From a virus (Duplodnaviria > Caudoviricetes), in the IMG/VR virus record IMGVR_UViG_3300038675_000290, positions 1-37,520 of that record: DNA of 37,520 nucleotides; one strand, written 5' to 3'. Positions 27,107 to 36,218 of this stretch are shown piece by piece. How positions within the stretch are numbered: the stretch's first letter is position 1; the number at the start of each line of letters is the position of its first letter. The notes under the pieces were generated by a model, which was not told the DNA's origin, did not search any database, and worked only from the letters and a program-made list of their open reading frames with translations. Made by a program: the position numbers and the translations under genes.

Positions 27107-29517
27107 TGGATTACAGCAAGGTATACGACCGCAACGGCGTGCTGCTGGGCATCCTCCAAAATGCCCGCGTGCAGTACACCCTGAAGGACGCGCCGCTGCA
27201 CTCCGCCAAGATCACGCTGCCGTCTGACGATCCCGCGAACGACCTGTGCCAAATGGGGAATGAGGTCGAAATCTTCGACAACGGCACGCGCATCGAGCTT
27301 TTCCGCATCATCAGCAGCCCGGAGGGCGTCTACACCGCCACGGGCGGCACGATCACCTACAACCTGGAGCACGTCGCCGCCTACCTGATGGATGATGTGC
27401 TTTTTCAATACCATGAGATAGGCGGCTACAACCAGCGGACGCAGGCGTGCATTGAGTACGTCCTGGCCCGGCAGGCGGTCGTGCGCTGGCAGCTGGGCAC
27501 CTGCGCCTTCAACAGGCAATTCCAGTACAACTGGGAGAACGAGACGCTGCTGCGGGCGCTGCTGTCCGTCCCGAAGTCGTTTGACGTTGATTACATCTGG
27601 ACATTCGACACCACGGCCCGTCCGTGGACGCTGAACCTGGTCGCGCCCGAATCCGGCGTCGGCTGCGAAATGCGGTACACCCGGAACATGACCGAGGTGC
27701 GGAAAAGCATCGACGCCACGGAGCTGGTCACCCGGCTGTACGCATTAGGGTATGGTGAGGGCGTCAACCAGCTCACGATCAAGGACGTGAACGGGGGCAT
27801 CCCCTACCTGGACGCCGACACGCAGGGCGTGTGGGGCCTACGCAAAAGCATATGGGTGGACGGGCGCTTTGAAATCGCCGAATCCCTGAAGGCCAGGGCG
27901 CAGGCGATCCTGGAGGAGCGCAAAAACCCGTATATCAGCTACAAGGTGCAGGCCGTTGACCTGTACCCGCTCACCGGCGAGCCGTTCGACCGCTTCATGC
28001 CCGGCAAGCTGGTGCGCGTGAACGACCAGGAGCACGGCATCGTCGTGAATGCCCGCGTGATCGAGATCACCAAGAAGGACGTGCGCGGATCACCGGGCGA
28101 CATCACCGTGACCATCGCCAACCGCTCGCGCACGGTGGCCGATACCATCGCCGCGCTGGCCGGTCGCGCGGCCATCAACGACCTATACGCCCAGGGCAGC
28201 ACCTGCGTCTACCAAACCAGCTATGCCGACAACGCCGACAAGGATCACCCGGCCACCATGTCGCTGGAAATCCCCGCCGAGTGCGTCCGCATCAACAAGC
28301 TGCGCCTGAAGTATACGCTGCTTCCCTTCCGCTCCTACAGTCAAGGAGCGGCGGCAGGTGGCGGCACTACAAGCACGACCAGCAGCGGCGGCGGCACCAC
28401 AAGCACGACCAGCAGCGGCGGCGGCAGCACGCAAACGTCATCCGAGGGCGGAGGCGGCACCCGCACCAGCAGTTCGGGAGGCTCGACAACCGTCACCACC
28501 GAGCAAAAGGTGGTCACCAACGCGCTGGCGGTGGAGGGGCCGCTGCGCTCCGACACCGGCGCGGGCATGTCGAACACCGATGCAAACGACGCCCAAACCT
28601 CCGGCAGCAACGGCGGCCAGACCACCAGCGGGGCCTCCAACTACACCACCAGCGGCGTCAGCATCCTGCGCACGGGCGAAGCTGGAGGGCACAGCCACAC
28701 GGTGAACAGTCATAGCCACGGCGGGCCGAGCCACGTTCACCTTCTCAACAACCACACTCACAGCTTTTCCGATTCCTACACCCTCGCGTGGGGGCACACC
28801 CATCCCATTGCCAACCCCGGCACCAGCACCAACACGGGCGGCGTAAACGACTATGCGCAGAAAACCATCAGCATCAGCGGCACGACCGGCTCCAACAATG
28901 GCTATACTTCATCGGCAGGGACGGGCTACACGGATTCCGCGTCACCGGGCACCAGCAGCGTGGGCGATCACGATCACGCCATGGGGCACACCCACACCCT
29001 GCTGCATACCCACACCGTGGACAACCACACGCATACGGTCGCCGGGCATACCCACTACATGCACCACTTCCACACCGGCGTGGCCAACATCACGATCCCG
29101 TCGCTGCAAATCAGCGTGCCGAGCCACACCCACACCGTGTCGATCAACGACCACAGCCACAACGTCACGATCCCTGAACACTCGCATGGCGTCACGATCA
29201 GCGACCACACCCACAGCCTCACGATCGACAATCACACCCACAACCTGATACCGGGCATATACGACGGCCCGATGGCTGACGGCATCACGATCCACGTGGA
29301 CGGCACAGCCGTGCCCGCTGCCGCGATCGTGGGCAATGAACTGGACTTGACGCCGTACCTGTCCAAGGACGAGGGCGGCAAAATTGTGCGCGGTATGTGG
29401 CATACGATCACCATCACACCGAAGCCCGGATCGGGTAATGCCAACGGCCTGACCCGCATCGAGGCGGCCGTGTTCGTGATGACCTTCGCCCGCTCGCAGG
29501 GCGGCGGCGACTACTGA
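27106..29517 (+). CDS. Tal/tail-spike protein with His-x-His needle region
   Basis: N-terminal LVTRLYALGYGEG hub motif; C-terminal Gly/Ser/Thr repeats and 16 HxH motifs. Confidence 0.85.
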   Translation: MDYSKVYDRNGVLLGILQNARVQYTLKDAPLHSAKITLPSDDPANDLCQMGNEVEIFDNGTRIELFRIISSPEGVYTATGGTITYNLEHVAAYLMDDVLFQYHEIGGYNQRTQACIEYVLARQAVVRWQLGTCAFNRQFQYNWENETLLRALLSVPKSFDVDYIWTFDTTARPWTLNLVAPESGVGCEMRYTRNMTEVRKSIDATELVTRLYALGYGEGVNQLTIKDVNGGIPYLDADTQGVWGLRKSIWVDGRFEIAESLKARAQAILEERKNPYISYKVQAVDLYPLTGEPFDRFMPGKLVRVNDQEHGIVVNARVIEITKKDVRGSPGDITVTIANRSRTVADTIAALAGRAAINDLYAQGSTCVYQTSYADNADKDHPATMSLEIPAECVRINKLRLKYTLLPFRSYSQGAAAGGGTTSTTSSGGGTTSTTSSGGGSTQTSSEGGGGTRTSSSGGSTTVTTEQKVVTNALAVEGPLRSDTGAGMSNTDANDAQTSGSNGGQTTSGASNYTTSGVSILRTGEAGGHSHTVNSHSHGGPSHVHLLNNHTHSFSDSYTLAWGHTHPIANPGTSTNTGGVNDYAQKTISISGTTGSNNGYTSSAGTGYTDSASPGTSSVGDHDHAMGHTHTLLHTHTVDNHTHTVAGHTHYMHHFHTGVANITIPSLQISVPSHTHTVSINDHSHNVTIPEHSHGVTISDHTHSLTIDNHTHNLIPGIYDGPMADGITIHVDGTAVPAAAIVGNELDLTPYLSKDEGGKIVRGMWHTITITPKPGSGNANGLTRIEAAVFVMTFARSQGGGDY

Positions 29518-29534
29518 TAAAGGAGGTTTTTTGC

Positions 29535-31778
29535 ATGATCACCAACCGCATCGAAGTCATGTTTACCCACAAGAAGCCGGGCGCTGTCATGTTCGCACAG
29601 CGCGGCGACGCCAACAGCCGCCAGCTGGAGCTGGTGCTGAAGCAATGGAACGGGCAACTTTTCGAGGACATCGACACCCTGGGCTGCACCGCTTCCGTGA
29701 CCTACGCCTACAGGGACGCGACGGACACCCCGACAACCACCGACGAGATGTCCACGATCCGCACGGACAGCGGCTCGTTTGTGACCACGATCCCGACCGC
29801 CCCGCTTGCCCGCAAGGGCGAAGTGCAGGCGCAGGTGCGCCTCTACAAGGGCAGCGGCCCGACCGCGCAGGTGCTGAATTCCGTGGTGCTGTCCATCAGC
29901 GTCCAGGAAAGCATCACCCCGGACGGCACGTTCACCGACCAGGCCACCAGCCAGCTGGCCGTCGTGCTCACGCAGGTGACCACCGCGCTGGCCAACGTCA
30001 ACGCCGCGATCGCTGGCATCCCTGCCGCGATCAATGCCCAAAAGGGGCTTGCCAACGGCATCTGCCCGCTGGACGCGCAGGGCAAAATCCCCGGCGAGTA
30101 CATCGGATCGATCGAGGCCCCGAAGTATGGCGTATCGGGCGTGGGCGGCAGTTCGCCTACCCTAAAGCGCCTTTGGGACGCCAAGGGACTGGTGGCGGGC
30201 GTCGGTACGGACAGCGCCACGGCCGTCAATGACTTTGACAACCTGGCACCGTTCAACCGCCGCAAGTTCGTCGGCAACGTCACGGTCGCGGACGGCAAGA
30301 CCTACATCACGCCCGCCGCGTGGCACGGCGACGCCGACTACACCGAGGACGGATCGATCGGCGACTATGTGGCCGTGCGCTGCCACAAAACCTACTACTA
30401 CCAGGACATGGCGGCCGGGATCGTGGGCGTATCGGCATACCCGCACACGGGCTGGAGCCTGCATCCGCTATTCATCGATGAGGACGGCAACGAACTGGAG
30501 TATGTCGACCTCCCCTGCTATGCCCTTGCGCTGGACGCGCAGAGCCGCGCCGTGAGCCTCCCCGGCCTCCGCAACGAATGCGGACACTGGGCGGGCTTAT
30601 GGACGAGCTGCCGCAGCTACAAAGGCGACGCGGGCGCATACGCGTCCATGCTGCCGATCGCCGCGTCCCATTACGAGACGCTGCTGGCCATGGTCGAATT
30701 CGCCACCACGCACCTGCAAAGCGTCATGGCCGGGTTCACGTCCGGTTCCTACACGGCAGATACGCCCATTGCCAGCGTGCTGGACGCCACCCACATCGTC
30801 CTGACGGAGGCCATTGGCGGGAATTACCGCGCAGGGCAAAATGTGTACATCAACACGACCTACAGCGACGCCGTGAAGGCGTCCCACACGATCGACAGCA
30901 TCGAACCGTGCAACGCAGACGGATCGGCGAATCCCTCCGGCACGCACCGAAAGGTCACCCTGACGCCCTACCCCGGCGCGAAGGACATCACGACGATCAG
31001 CGCGCCGACCATCAGCAACCGGCCATACAATACCGGCGCGGGCGAGGGCGTGCTGACCCCAAGCGGATCGCCTGGCAGCAACACCGATGGCAAATTCCCG
31101 TGCCGTTACCGCTGGCGTGAAAACCCCTGGGGCAACCACATGATGACCTGCCAGGACTTGATGGACGTGCGCGTCGAGGTCGCCGCCGACACCTTCAAGC
31201 TCCAGTGGTACTACCTGCCGAAGCTCGACGCCTACATGGGCCTGGCCATCGCCAACCCCTCCACCGCCACGGCGCTGACCGACAAGGGCTGGGTGCAGCT
31301 CGCCACCGAGACGCCGCCCGACCGTTATGTGGACGGCTATATCAAGGCCATGACGCCCGACCCGGATCATCCCGAAATATGGAATCCGACCCTTACGGCG
31401 GGCGCATCGGCCAGCACCTTCTTCGCGGATTACGCGTCCCTCGTCAACTCGTTCGTGGTGCGCGCCGTGCGTGTGGGCGGCAACTGGAACCACGGTTCCA
31501 ACGCGGGGCCTTGGTACCGCACCGCGTACTACGAGCCCTCCTACGCGAACGCGAACTATGGCGCGGGGCATTTTATCCACCTCACCGGTCATCCATCGGC
31601 GGGACGCGAAAGCCGACCCCGCCGATGGTTTCGTATACACATCGTTTTGTCCGGCGTGTCCTTTTCCGTGGTCGAAAGACTGAAATCATCCGACTGGAGC
31701 GGCTTGGTAGGGCATCGCGCCTCGAAAGCAAGCACAACGCGTGGGCAATCGCGCGGCGGGCTTGTATGGGAGCCGTGA
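29535..31778 (+). CDS. baseplate/tail-fibre protein with BppU-like N-terminus and C-type-lectin-fold DGR variable C-terminus
   Basis: AQRGDANSRQL N-terminus; YRWRENPWGN and VGGNWNHGSNAGPW...ANANYGA CLec motifs; last ~70 codons look like read-through into non-coding RNA. Confidence 0.85.
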   Translation: MITNRIEVMFTHKKPGAVMFAQRGDANSRQLELVLKQWNGQLFEDIDTLGCTASVTYAYRDATDTPTTTDEMSTIRTDSGSFVTTIPTAPLARKGEVQAQVRLYKGSGPTAQVLNSVVLSISVQESITPDGTFTDQATSQLAVVLTQVTTALANVNAAIAGIPAAINAQKGLANGICPLDAQGKIPGEYIGSIEAPKYGVSGVGGSSPTLKRLWDAKGLVAGVGTDSATAVNDFDNLAPFNRRKFVGNVTVADGKTYITPAAWHGDADYTEDGSIGDYVAVRCHKTYYYQDMAAGIVGVSAYPHTGWSLHPLFIDEDGNELEYVDLPCYALALDAQSRAVSLPGLRNECGHWAGLWTSCRSYKGDAGAYASMLPIAASHYETLLAMVEFATTHLQSVMAGFTSGSYTADTPIASVLDATHIVLTEAIGGNYRAGQNVYINTTYSDAVKASHTIDSIEPCNADGSANPSGTHRKVTLTPYPGAKDITTISAPTISNRPYNTGAGEGVLTPSGSPGSNTDGKFPCRYRWRENPWGNHMMTCQDLMDVRVEVAADTFKLQWYYLPKLDAYMGLAIANPSTATALTDKGWVQLATETPPDRYVDGYIKAMTPDPDHPEIWNPTLTAGASASTFFADYASLVNSFVVRAVRVGGNWNHGSNAGPWYRTAYYEPSYANANYGAGHFIHLTGHPSAGRESRPRRWFRIHIVLSGVSFSVVERLKSSDWSGLVGHRASKASTTRGQSRGGLVWEP
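31461..31570 (+). other. DGR variable-region-like segment
   Basis: AAC codons interspersed with single-substitution derivatives (CAC, TAC, ACC) in the GGxW...GA motif, next to a DGR-type RT. Confidence 0.75.
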
Positions 31779-31786
31779 GGATAAAA
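31571..31786 (+). ncRNA. structured DGR spacer-like RNA
   Basis: Closing stem TTTTATCC/GGATAAAA, 11-bp stem CCATCGGCGGG/CCCGCCGATGG, several GNRA loops. Confidence 0.6.
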
Positions 31787-31790
31787 AGCT

Positions 31791-33039
31791 ATGAAAAGGC
31801 TTAAAAACCTTTGGGATACATTTTGCACTTTGTCCTGCTTCATTGCCGCGATCTACGACGGCATAAAGGGCAAACGCAAGAACTACGTCATCAGAAAGCT
31901 GCTGTGTCTTGAAATTGCCGCAAGCACAGCAGCCAACAAAAGGGGCGCGCAAAAGGCGTACAGCGATCAGGTCGCGCCGGAGAAGGTGCGCAAGTACGCG
32001 GCGGAGCTGTCCAGCAAGGTCAAAAACGGAGAGTGGCAGCTGCACCCGCCCGAGCGCTCCACGCGCCGGATGCCCAACGGGAAAATCCGGCACATCGCCA
32101 AAGCGACGCTCGACGATCACATCGTACACTGGGCGCTGATCAACACAATCATGCCCGCCCTCACGCGCGGTATGTACGCATACTGCTGCGGCAGCCTGCC
32201 GGGACGCGGGCTGAAGCTGGTCAGAAAGTCCATTCAAAAATGGATACGCGAGCCTGATGTGAAGTTTTTCGTAAAGCTCGACATCCGCAAGTTCTACGAA
32301 AACATAAACGTCGATCTTCTCATGCAGCAGCTGGAGCGCGTCATCGCCGACCGGCCCATTTTGAACCTGATCCGCAGGATACTGGACACGTCCGGGCCGG
32401 GATTGGCGGTTGGATTCTACACAAGCCCGTGGTTTGCAAACTACCACCTGCAAGGGCTTGATCACTACATCATGCAAGGCTTGTACAAGCTGCGGCGCGG
32501 AAAGCGCGTGGCTTTTGTCAAGCATTACGTCCGCTACGCGGACGATATGCTGCTGATCGGCAGCAGCAAGCGCGACCTGGAAAAGGCCGTGCGCGCCATC
32601 ATCGCATACCTGCAAAATGAGCTAGGGCTGTCGGTTAAAGGGGCCTGGGAGATCAAGGAGATCGGCGAGCTGAACGTGGACGGCGAAGGCAAGCGCAAAT
32701 GCCGGGCGGGCACGTACCCGGTCGATATGGGCGGCTACAAATTCTACAGAATGAGGGTGACAGCATGTGAAGGCTAAATACCGGACTGTGACCGTTTTGC
32801 GCGACAACATCTTCCTGGGATGCCGGAGGCAGGCGCGGAAAATCGACAAGCTGAAGCGGCAAGGCCGGGAGGTGCCGCTCCAATGCCTGCAAAGCGTTAT
32901 GTCGCGGATCGGGTGGGCCAAGCATTGCAACCACAAGCGGTTCACCGAACGCTACATCACGCCCTGCATCGACGTGGATGCGGTCAAGCGGGAGATCGGC
33001 AGGCGGACAAGCCAGACGGCTGGGGCGGGTGCCAAGTGA
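31791..33039 (+). pseudogene. DGR-type reverse transcriptase split by a frameshift (31791..32777 + 32767..33039)
   Basis: KLDIRKFY, GLAVGFYTSPWFAN, YVRYADD, MGGYKF in ORF1; thumb motif SRIGWAKHCN in ORF2. Confidence 0.85.
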
Positions 33040-33290
33040 TGCGCCCAGCGCCAAAACCGACCATCCACGCCCACTACCTGATAGAGCCAAGCGAGTATCC
33101 GGGCCGCGTAAACGTATCGCTCTACAGGGTGACGGTTTATCCGATCGATGACGGTTTCAAGGAGTACGACATCGACGGGTTCAAACTGACCGGGATCGTG
33201 CCGTTCGACGGGATGGAGGAGGACATCCGCCTGCGCTTTGATTCCTGGCTCAAAACGGCCGAGGAAGAAGGGATACCGATAGAAATGTGA
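33039..33290 (+). CDS. hypothetical protein coupled to RT
   Basis: TGATG overlap with RT C-terminal ORF; 83 aa. Confidence 0.65.
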   Translation: MRPAPKPTIHAHYLIEPSEYPGRVNVSLYRVTVYPIDDGFKEYDIDGFKLTGIVPFDGMEEDIRLRFDSWLKTAEEEGIPIEM

Positions 33291-33309
33291 GATCAAAGGA
33301 GGGGTAATT

Positions 33310-33804
33310 TTGAAGGATACCAGCAATACAAGGCCGGAAGCGATCACCATTGAACAGCTGGAGGATGGCCTCGCCCGCGTGTCGCTATGTATGTTCGTCA
33401 GCGAGCGCACGACCGAGGAGGGCCAGACGGCCTTTGACTTCGACCGGTACAGCCTTGTGACCCAGTACACCGACAACCTGGCCGATCGCGTGGCGTCGAA
33501 CACCGGCGCGTGGCTCGATCACATCATCGCCGCCGAAACGGCCGCCAAGGCCGCCGAGGTGCGGCACGAACGCGACCAGCTGCTTGCGGCCAGCGATGCG
33601 GAAATGACCTTTGACCGGGCCTTGAAGCTGGAGCTGCCCGAGAAGGTCACGACCACCACTGTGCTGGCGGTAGTCAAAGACCTTTTCGACGCGCTGGGCA
33701 ACGTGTACCACGGCGCGTGGGCCGCGTATCGGCAGGCGCTGCGGGATGTGCCGCAGCAGCCCGGTTTCCCCTGGAACATCCAATGGCCCCGCAGGCCGGA
33801 ATAG
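33310..33804 (+). CDS. tail fibre assembly chaperone-like protein
   Basis: VRHERDQLLAASD...WAAYRQALRDVPQQPGFPWNIQWP. Confidence 0.85.
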   Translation: MKDTSNTRPEAITIEQLEDGLARVSLCMFVSERTTEEGQTAFDFDRYSLVTQYTDNLADRVASNTGAWLDHIIAAETAAKAAEVRHERDQLLAASDAEMTFDRALKLELPEKVTTTTVLAVVKDLFDALGNVYHGAWAAYRQALRDVPQQPGFPWNIQWPRRPE

Positions 33805-33813
33805 GGGGCGCAC

Positions 33814-35394
33814 ATGAAGATTCAAGTCAAGATGACCCGCGCGGAAAACCTGGACAAGTATGGCGTGAAGGCGGGGACGCCGGTCACGATCGACCTGGAG
33901 GAGTACCTGCGCGGCGTGGTTCCCGCTGAAGTGTATGAAAGCCGCACGCCGGTCGAGGCGCTGAAGGCGCAGGCGATCGCAGCGCGCACGTTCGCGGCCA
34001 GGAAGCACCTGGACGGCACCGTGATGGACGATACCGCCAACTATCAGGCGTACCGCTCCAGCCGTGCTGAAGGCAGCCCGCGCAGCGCGCAGGCCATCCA
34101 GGACACCGGGGGCATGGTGCTGACCTACGGCGGCGAGGTCATCCGGGCCTACTACAGCAATTCCAACGGCGGCGAAACCAAACGGACGGATCAAGTCTGG
34201 TCGGCCAAGCTGCCCTACTACCTGAACCGCCCCGACCCGTGGGATGTGGCCGCGCGAGAGGGGAAGAACATCAAGGCAAGCCACGGCGTCGGGCTTTCCC
34301 AGGTCGGCGCGGAGTATGCCGCCAGCATAGGGGTTTCTTGCGAGGACATCCTCGCTTTTTATTACCCCGGCACCGTCATCGGACGTATAGAAATGGAGGA
34401 GGAAGCCATGGCGAACAAGACGAACATCGGGCTGGTCAGGTGGGCGCTGTCCTGGGTGGGCAGGCGCTACTGGTACGGGACGTGCTGCTACGACTGCACC
34501 AAGTCCCTGCTGGATCGCAAAACGACGCAATACCCGTCCCACTACACGGCGGCGCGGCGGGCGCGCTATGAGAAGGACATCGCGAACAAGGACAAGTGCG
34601 CCGACTGCATTGGCCTGATCAAGGGCTACATGTGGACGGACGAGGCCACCGGCAAGCAGTCCTATGGATCGAATGGGTGCAAGGACTACGGCGCGAATGG
34701 TATGCGCGACGCGGCCAAGGAGAAGGGGACGATCGCCACGCTGCCGGAAATCCCCGGCCTGATCCTTTGGAAATCCGGCCATGTCGGCGTGTACATCGGC
34801 GGCGGCGAAGTGGTCGAGGCCAAGGGGTTCGCCGCGGGCGTCGTGCGCGGCAAGGTAGCCGGGCGCGGGTTCACGCATTGGTTCAAGCAGCCGGGCATGG
34901 AGTACGTGGGCGAAGCCGACGCGACGGCCCCGGCCGATGTCTACGCCCTCCTGGGCGAGCGCACGCTGCGCAAGGGCACCACCGGCGAGGATGTGCGCCA
35001 GCTTCAGCTCGCCTTGGCATCCCTCAACTACGCTTGCGGCGCGGCGGACGGCATCTTTGGTGCCAAAACGCTGGCGGCCGTCAAGGCTTTCCAGGGCGAC
35101 CATGAGCTGGTGACGGACGGCATCTACGGCCCGCTGACCCACACCGCGCTGGTTGACGCGATCCAGGGGCCGGAAGAAACCGAGAACGACGCCGAGGAGA
35201 TGCCCGTGCCCGGCAGCGGCGTGACCGTGACCGGCTCCACGCTCAACGTGCGCGTGGGCGCTGGCACGCAGTACGCCATCGCCACCACCGTGAAAAAGGG
35301 CGATGTGCTGCCCCTGCCTGACACGACGGGCTGGGTGCCCGTGCTCTATAACGGGGCCATCTGTTGGGTATCCGAAAAGTACATCAAGCGGTAG
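33814..35394 (+). CDS. endolysin: SpoIID/LytB + NlpC/P60-CHAP + PG-binding + SH3b
   Basis: EEYLRGVVPAE/EALKAQAIAARTFA/HGVGLSQVGA; DCIGLIKG/GHVGVYIG; DGIFGAKT/DGIYGPLT; LNVRVGAGTQY. Confidence 0.9.
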   Translation: MKIQVKMTRAENLDKYGVKAGTPVTIDLEEYLRGVVPAEVYESRTPVEALKAQAIAARTFAARKHLDGTVMDDTANYQAYRSSRAEGSPRSAQAIQDTGGMVLTYGGEVIRAYYSNSNGGETKRTDQVWSAKLPYYLNRPDPWDVAAREGKNIKASHGVGLSQVGAEYAASIGVSCEDILAFYYPGTVIGRIEMEEEAMANKTNIGLVRWALSWVGRRYWYGTCCYDCTKSLLDRKTTQYPSHYTAARRARYEKDIANKDKCADCIGLIKGYMWTDEATGKQSYGSNGCKDYGANGMRDAAKEKGTIATLPEIPGLILWKSGHVGVYIGGGEVVEAKGFAAGVVRGKVAGRGFTHWFKQPGMEYVGEADATAPADVYALLGERTLRKGTTGEDVRQLQLALASLNYACGAADGIFGAKTLAAVKAFQGDHELVTDGIYGPLTHTALVDAIQGPEETENDAEEMPVPGSGVTVTGSTLNVRVGAGTQYAIATTVKKGDVLPLPDTTGWVPVLYNGAICWVSEKYIKR

Positions 35395-35430
35395 GATTAT
35401 GTCAAGCAATTCGCACGGCGAGGTGGGGCT

Positions 35431-36201
35431 ATGGTTGAACTGTACCAAGGGAACGCGCTGCACGTCATGCGCTTGCTCAAACGCAACATGTACGATGCGG
35501 TAGTGACCGACCCGCCGTATGCGTCCGGTGGCATGACCCTATCAGACAGGCAGCGCACGACGGCATCCAAGTATACAAGCCGCAAAGGGCAGGCGGTGCT
35601 GCCCGACTTCGAGGGTGACGCGATGGATCAGCGCACGTGGATCGGCTTCATGGCCGACCTGCTGGAGGCCGCCCGCCGTGTCTGCAAGCCCGGCGCTGTG
35701 TGCGTCATGTTCGCCGACTGGCGGCAGGTCGCATCGCTCACCGAGGCCATGCAGCGCGGCGGCTGGATTTATCGCGGCATCTGCGTCTGGAACAAGCCTA
35801 ACAGCAGGCCACAAATGGGCCGATACAAGCAGGAATGCGAATTCATCGTATGGGGATCGTTCGGGGCGCTGCCGGTCGAACGCGGCGTTCCTTGCCTGCG
35901 CGGTTTCTACCAATACAATAACGTGGTCGGCGACGAACGCGTTCACCAAACGCAGAAGCCCCTCCAGCTGATGCGCGAGCTGGTGCAGCTGTGCGTGCCT
36001 GGCGGCGCGATCCTCGACCCCTTCACAGGCTCCGGCACGACCCTTGAAGCGGCACGCCTGGAAGGGTATTCCGCCACCGGCATCGAGTTATCCGAGGGCA
36101 TCGCGCAGACGGCAGCGCAGCGTCTGCAACTGCCCGAAATCAAGCGGGGGGGGGTTATTGACCATGCTGTAACGCCATGGGTTCATTACCGGGCAAAATA
36201 A
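35431..36201 (+). CDS. N6-adenine/N4-cytosine DNA methyltransferase (beta class)
   Basis: VTDPPY, HQTQKP, ILDPFTGSGTT. Confidence 0.92.
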   Translation: MVELYQGNALHVMRLLKRNMYDAVVTDPPYASGGMTLSDRQRTTASKYTSRKGQAVLPDFEGDAMDQRTWIGFMADLLEAARRVCKPGAVCVMFADWRQVASLTEAMQRGGWIYRGICVWNKPNSRPQMGRYKQECEFIVWGSFGALPVERGVPCLRGFYQYNNVVGDERVHQTQKPLQLMRELVQLCVPGGAILDPFTGSGTTLEAARLEGYSATGIELSEGIAQTAAQRLQLPEIKRGGVIDHAVTPWVHYRAK

Positions 36202-36218
36202 AGAAACGAGGTGGTTCC

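Noticed and set aside
29531-30232. 233-aa overlapping plus-strand ORF and similar alternative-frame ORFs
   Set aside because: Arg/His/Pro-rich off-frame translations of GC-rich genes
31593-31628. Hairpin as the post-VR DNA homing cruciform of an intact target gene
   Set aside because: Not excluded, but no stop codon precedes it and it is nested inside the long-range stem closing at the RT start, which fits a spacer-RNA arm better
31791-33039. RT as group II intron, retron or Abi RT
   Set aside because: Short, no maturase/endonuclease domain or intron ends seen; VGxxxSP motif and adjacent CLec-type target fit the DGR class
36146-36154. G9 tract in methyltransferase as phase-variation switch
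   Set aside because: Lies downstream of all catalytic motifs; slippage would alter only the last ~15 residues
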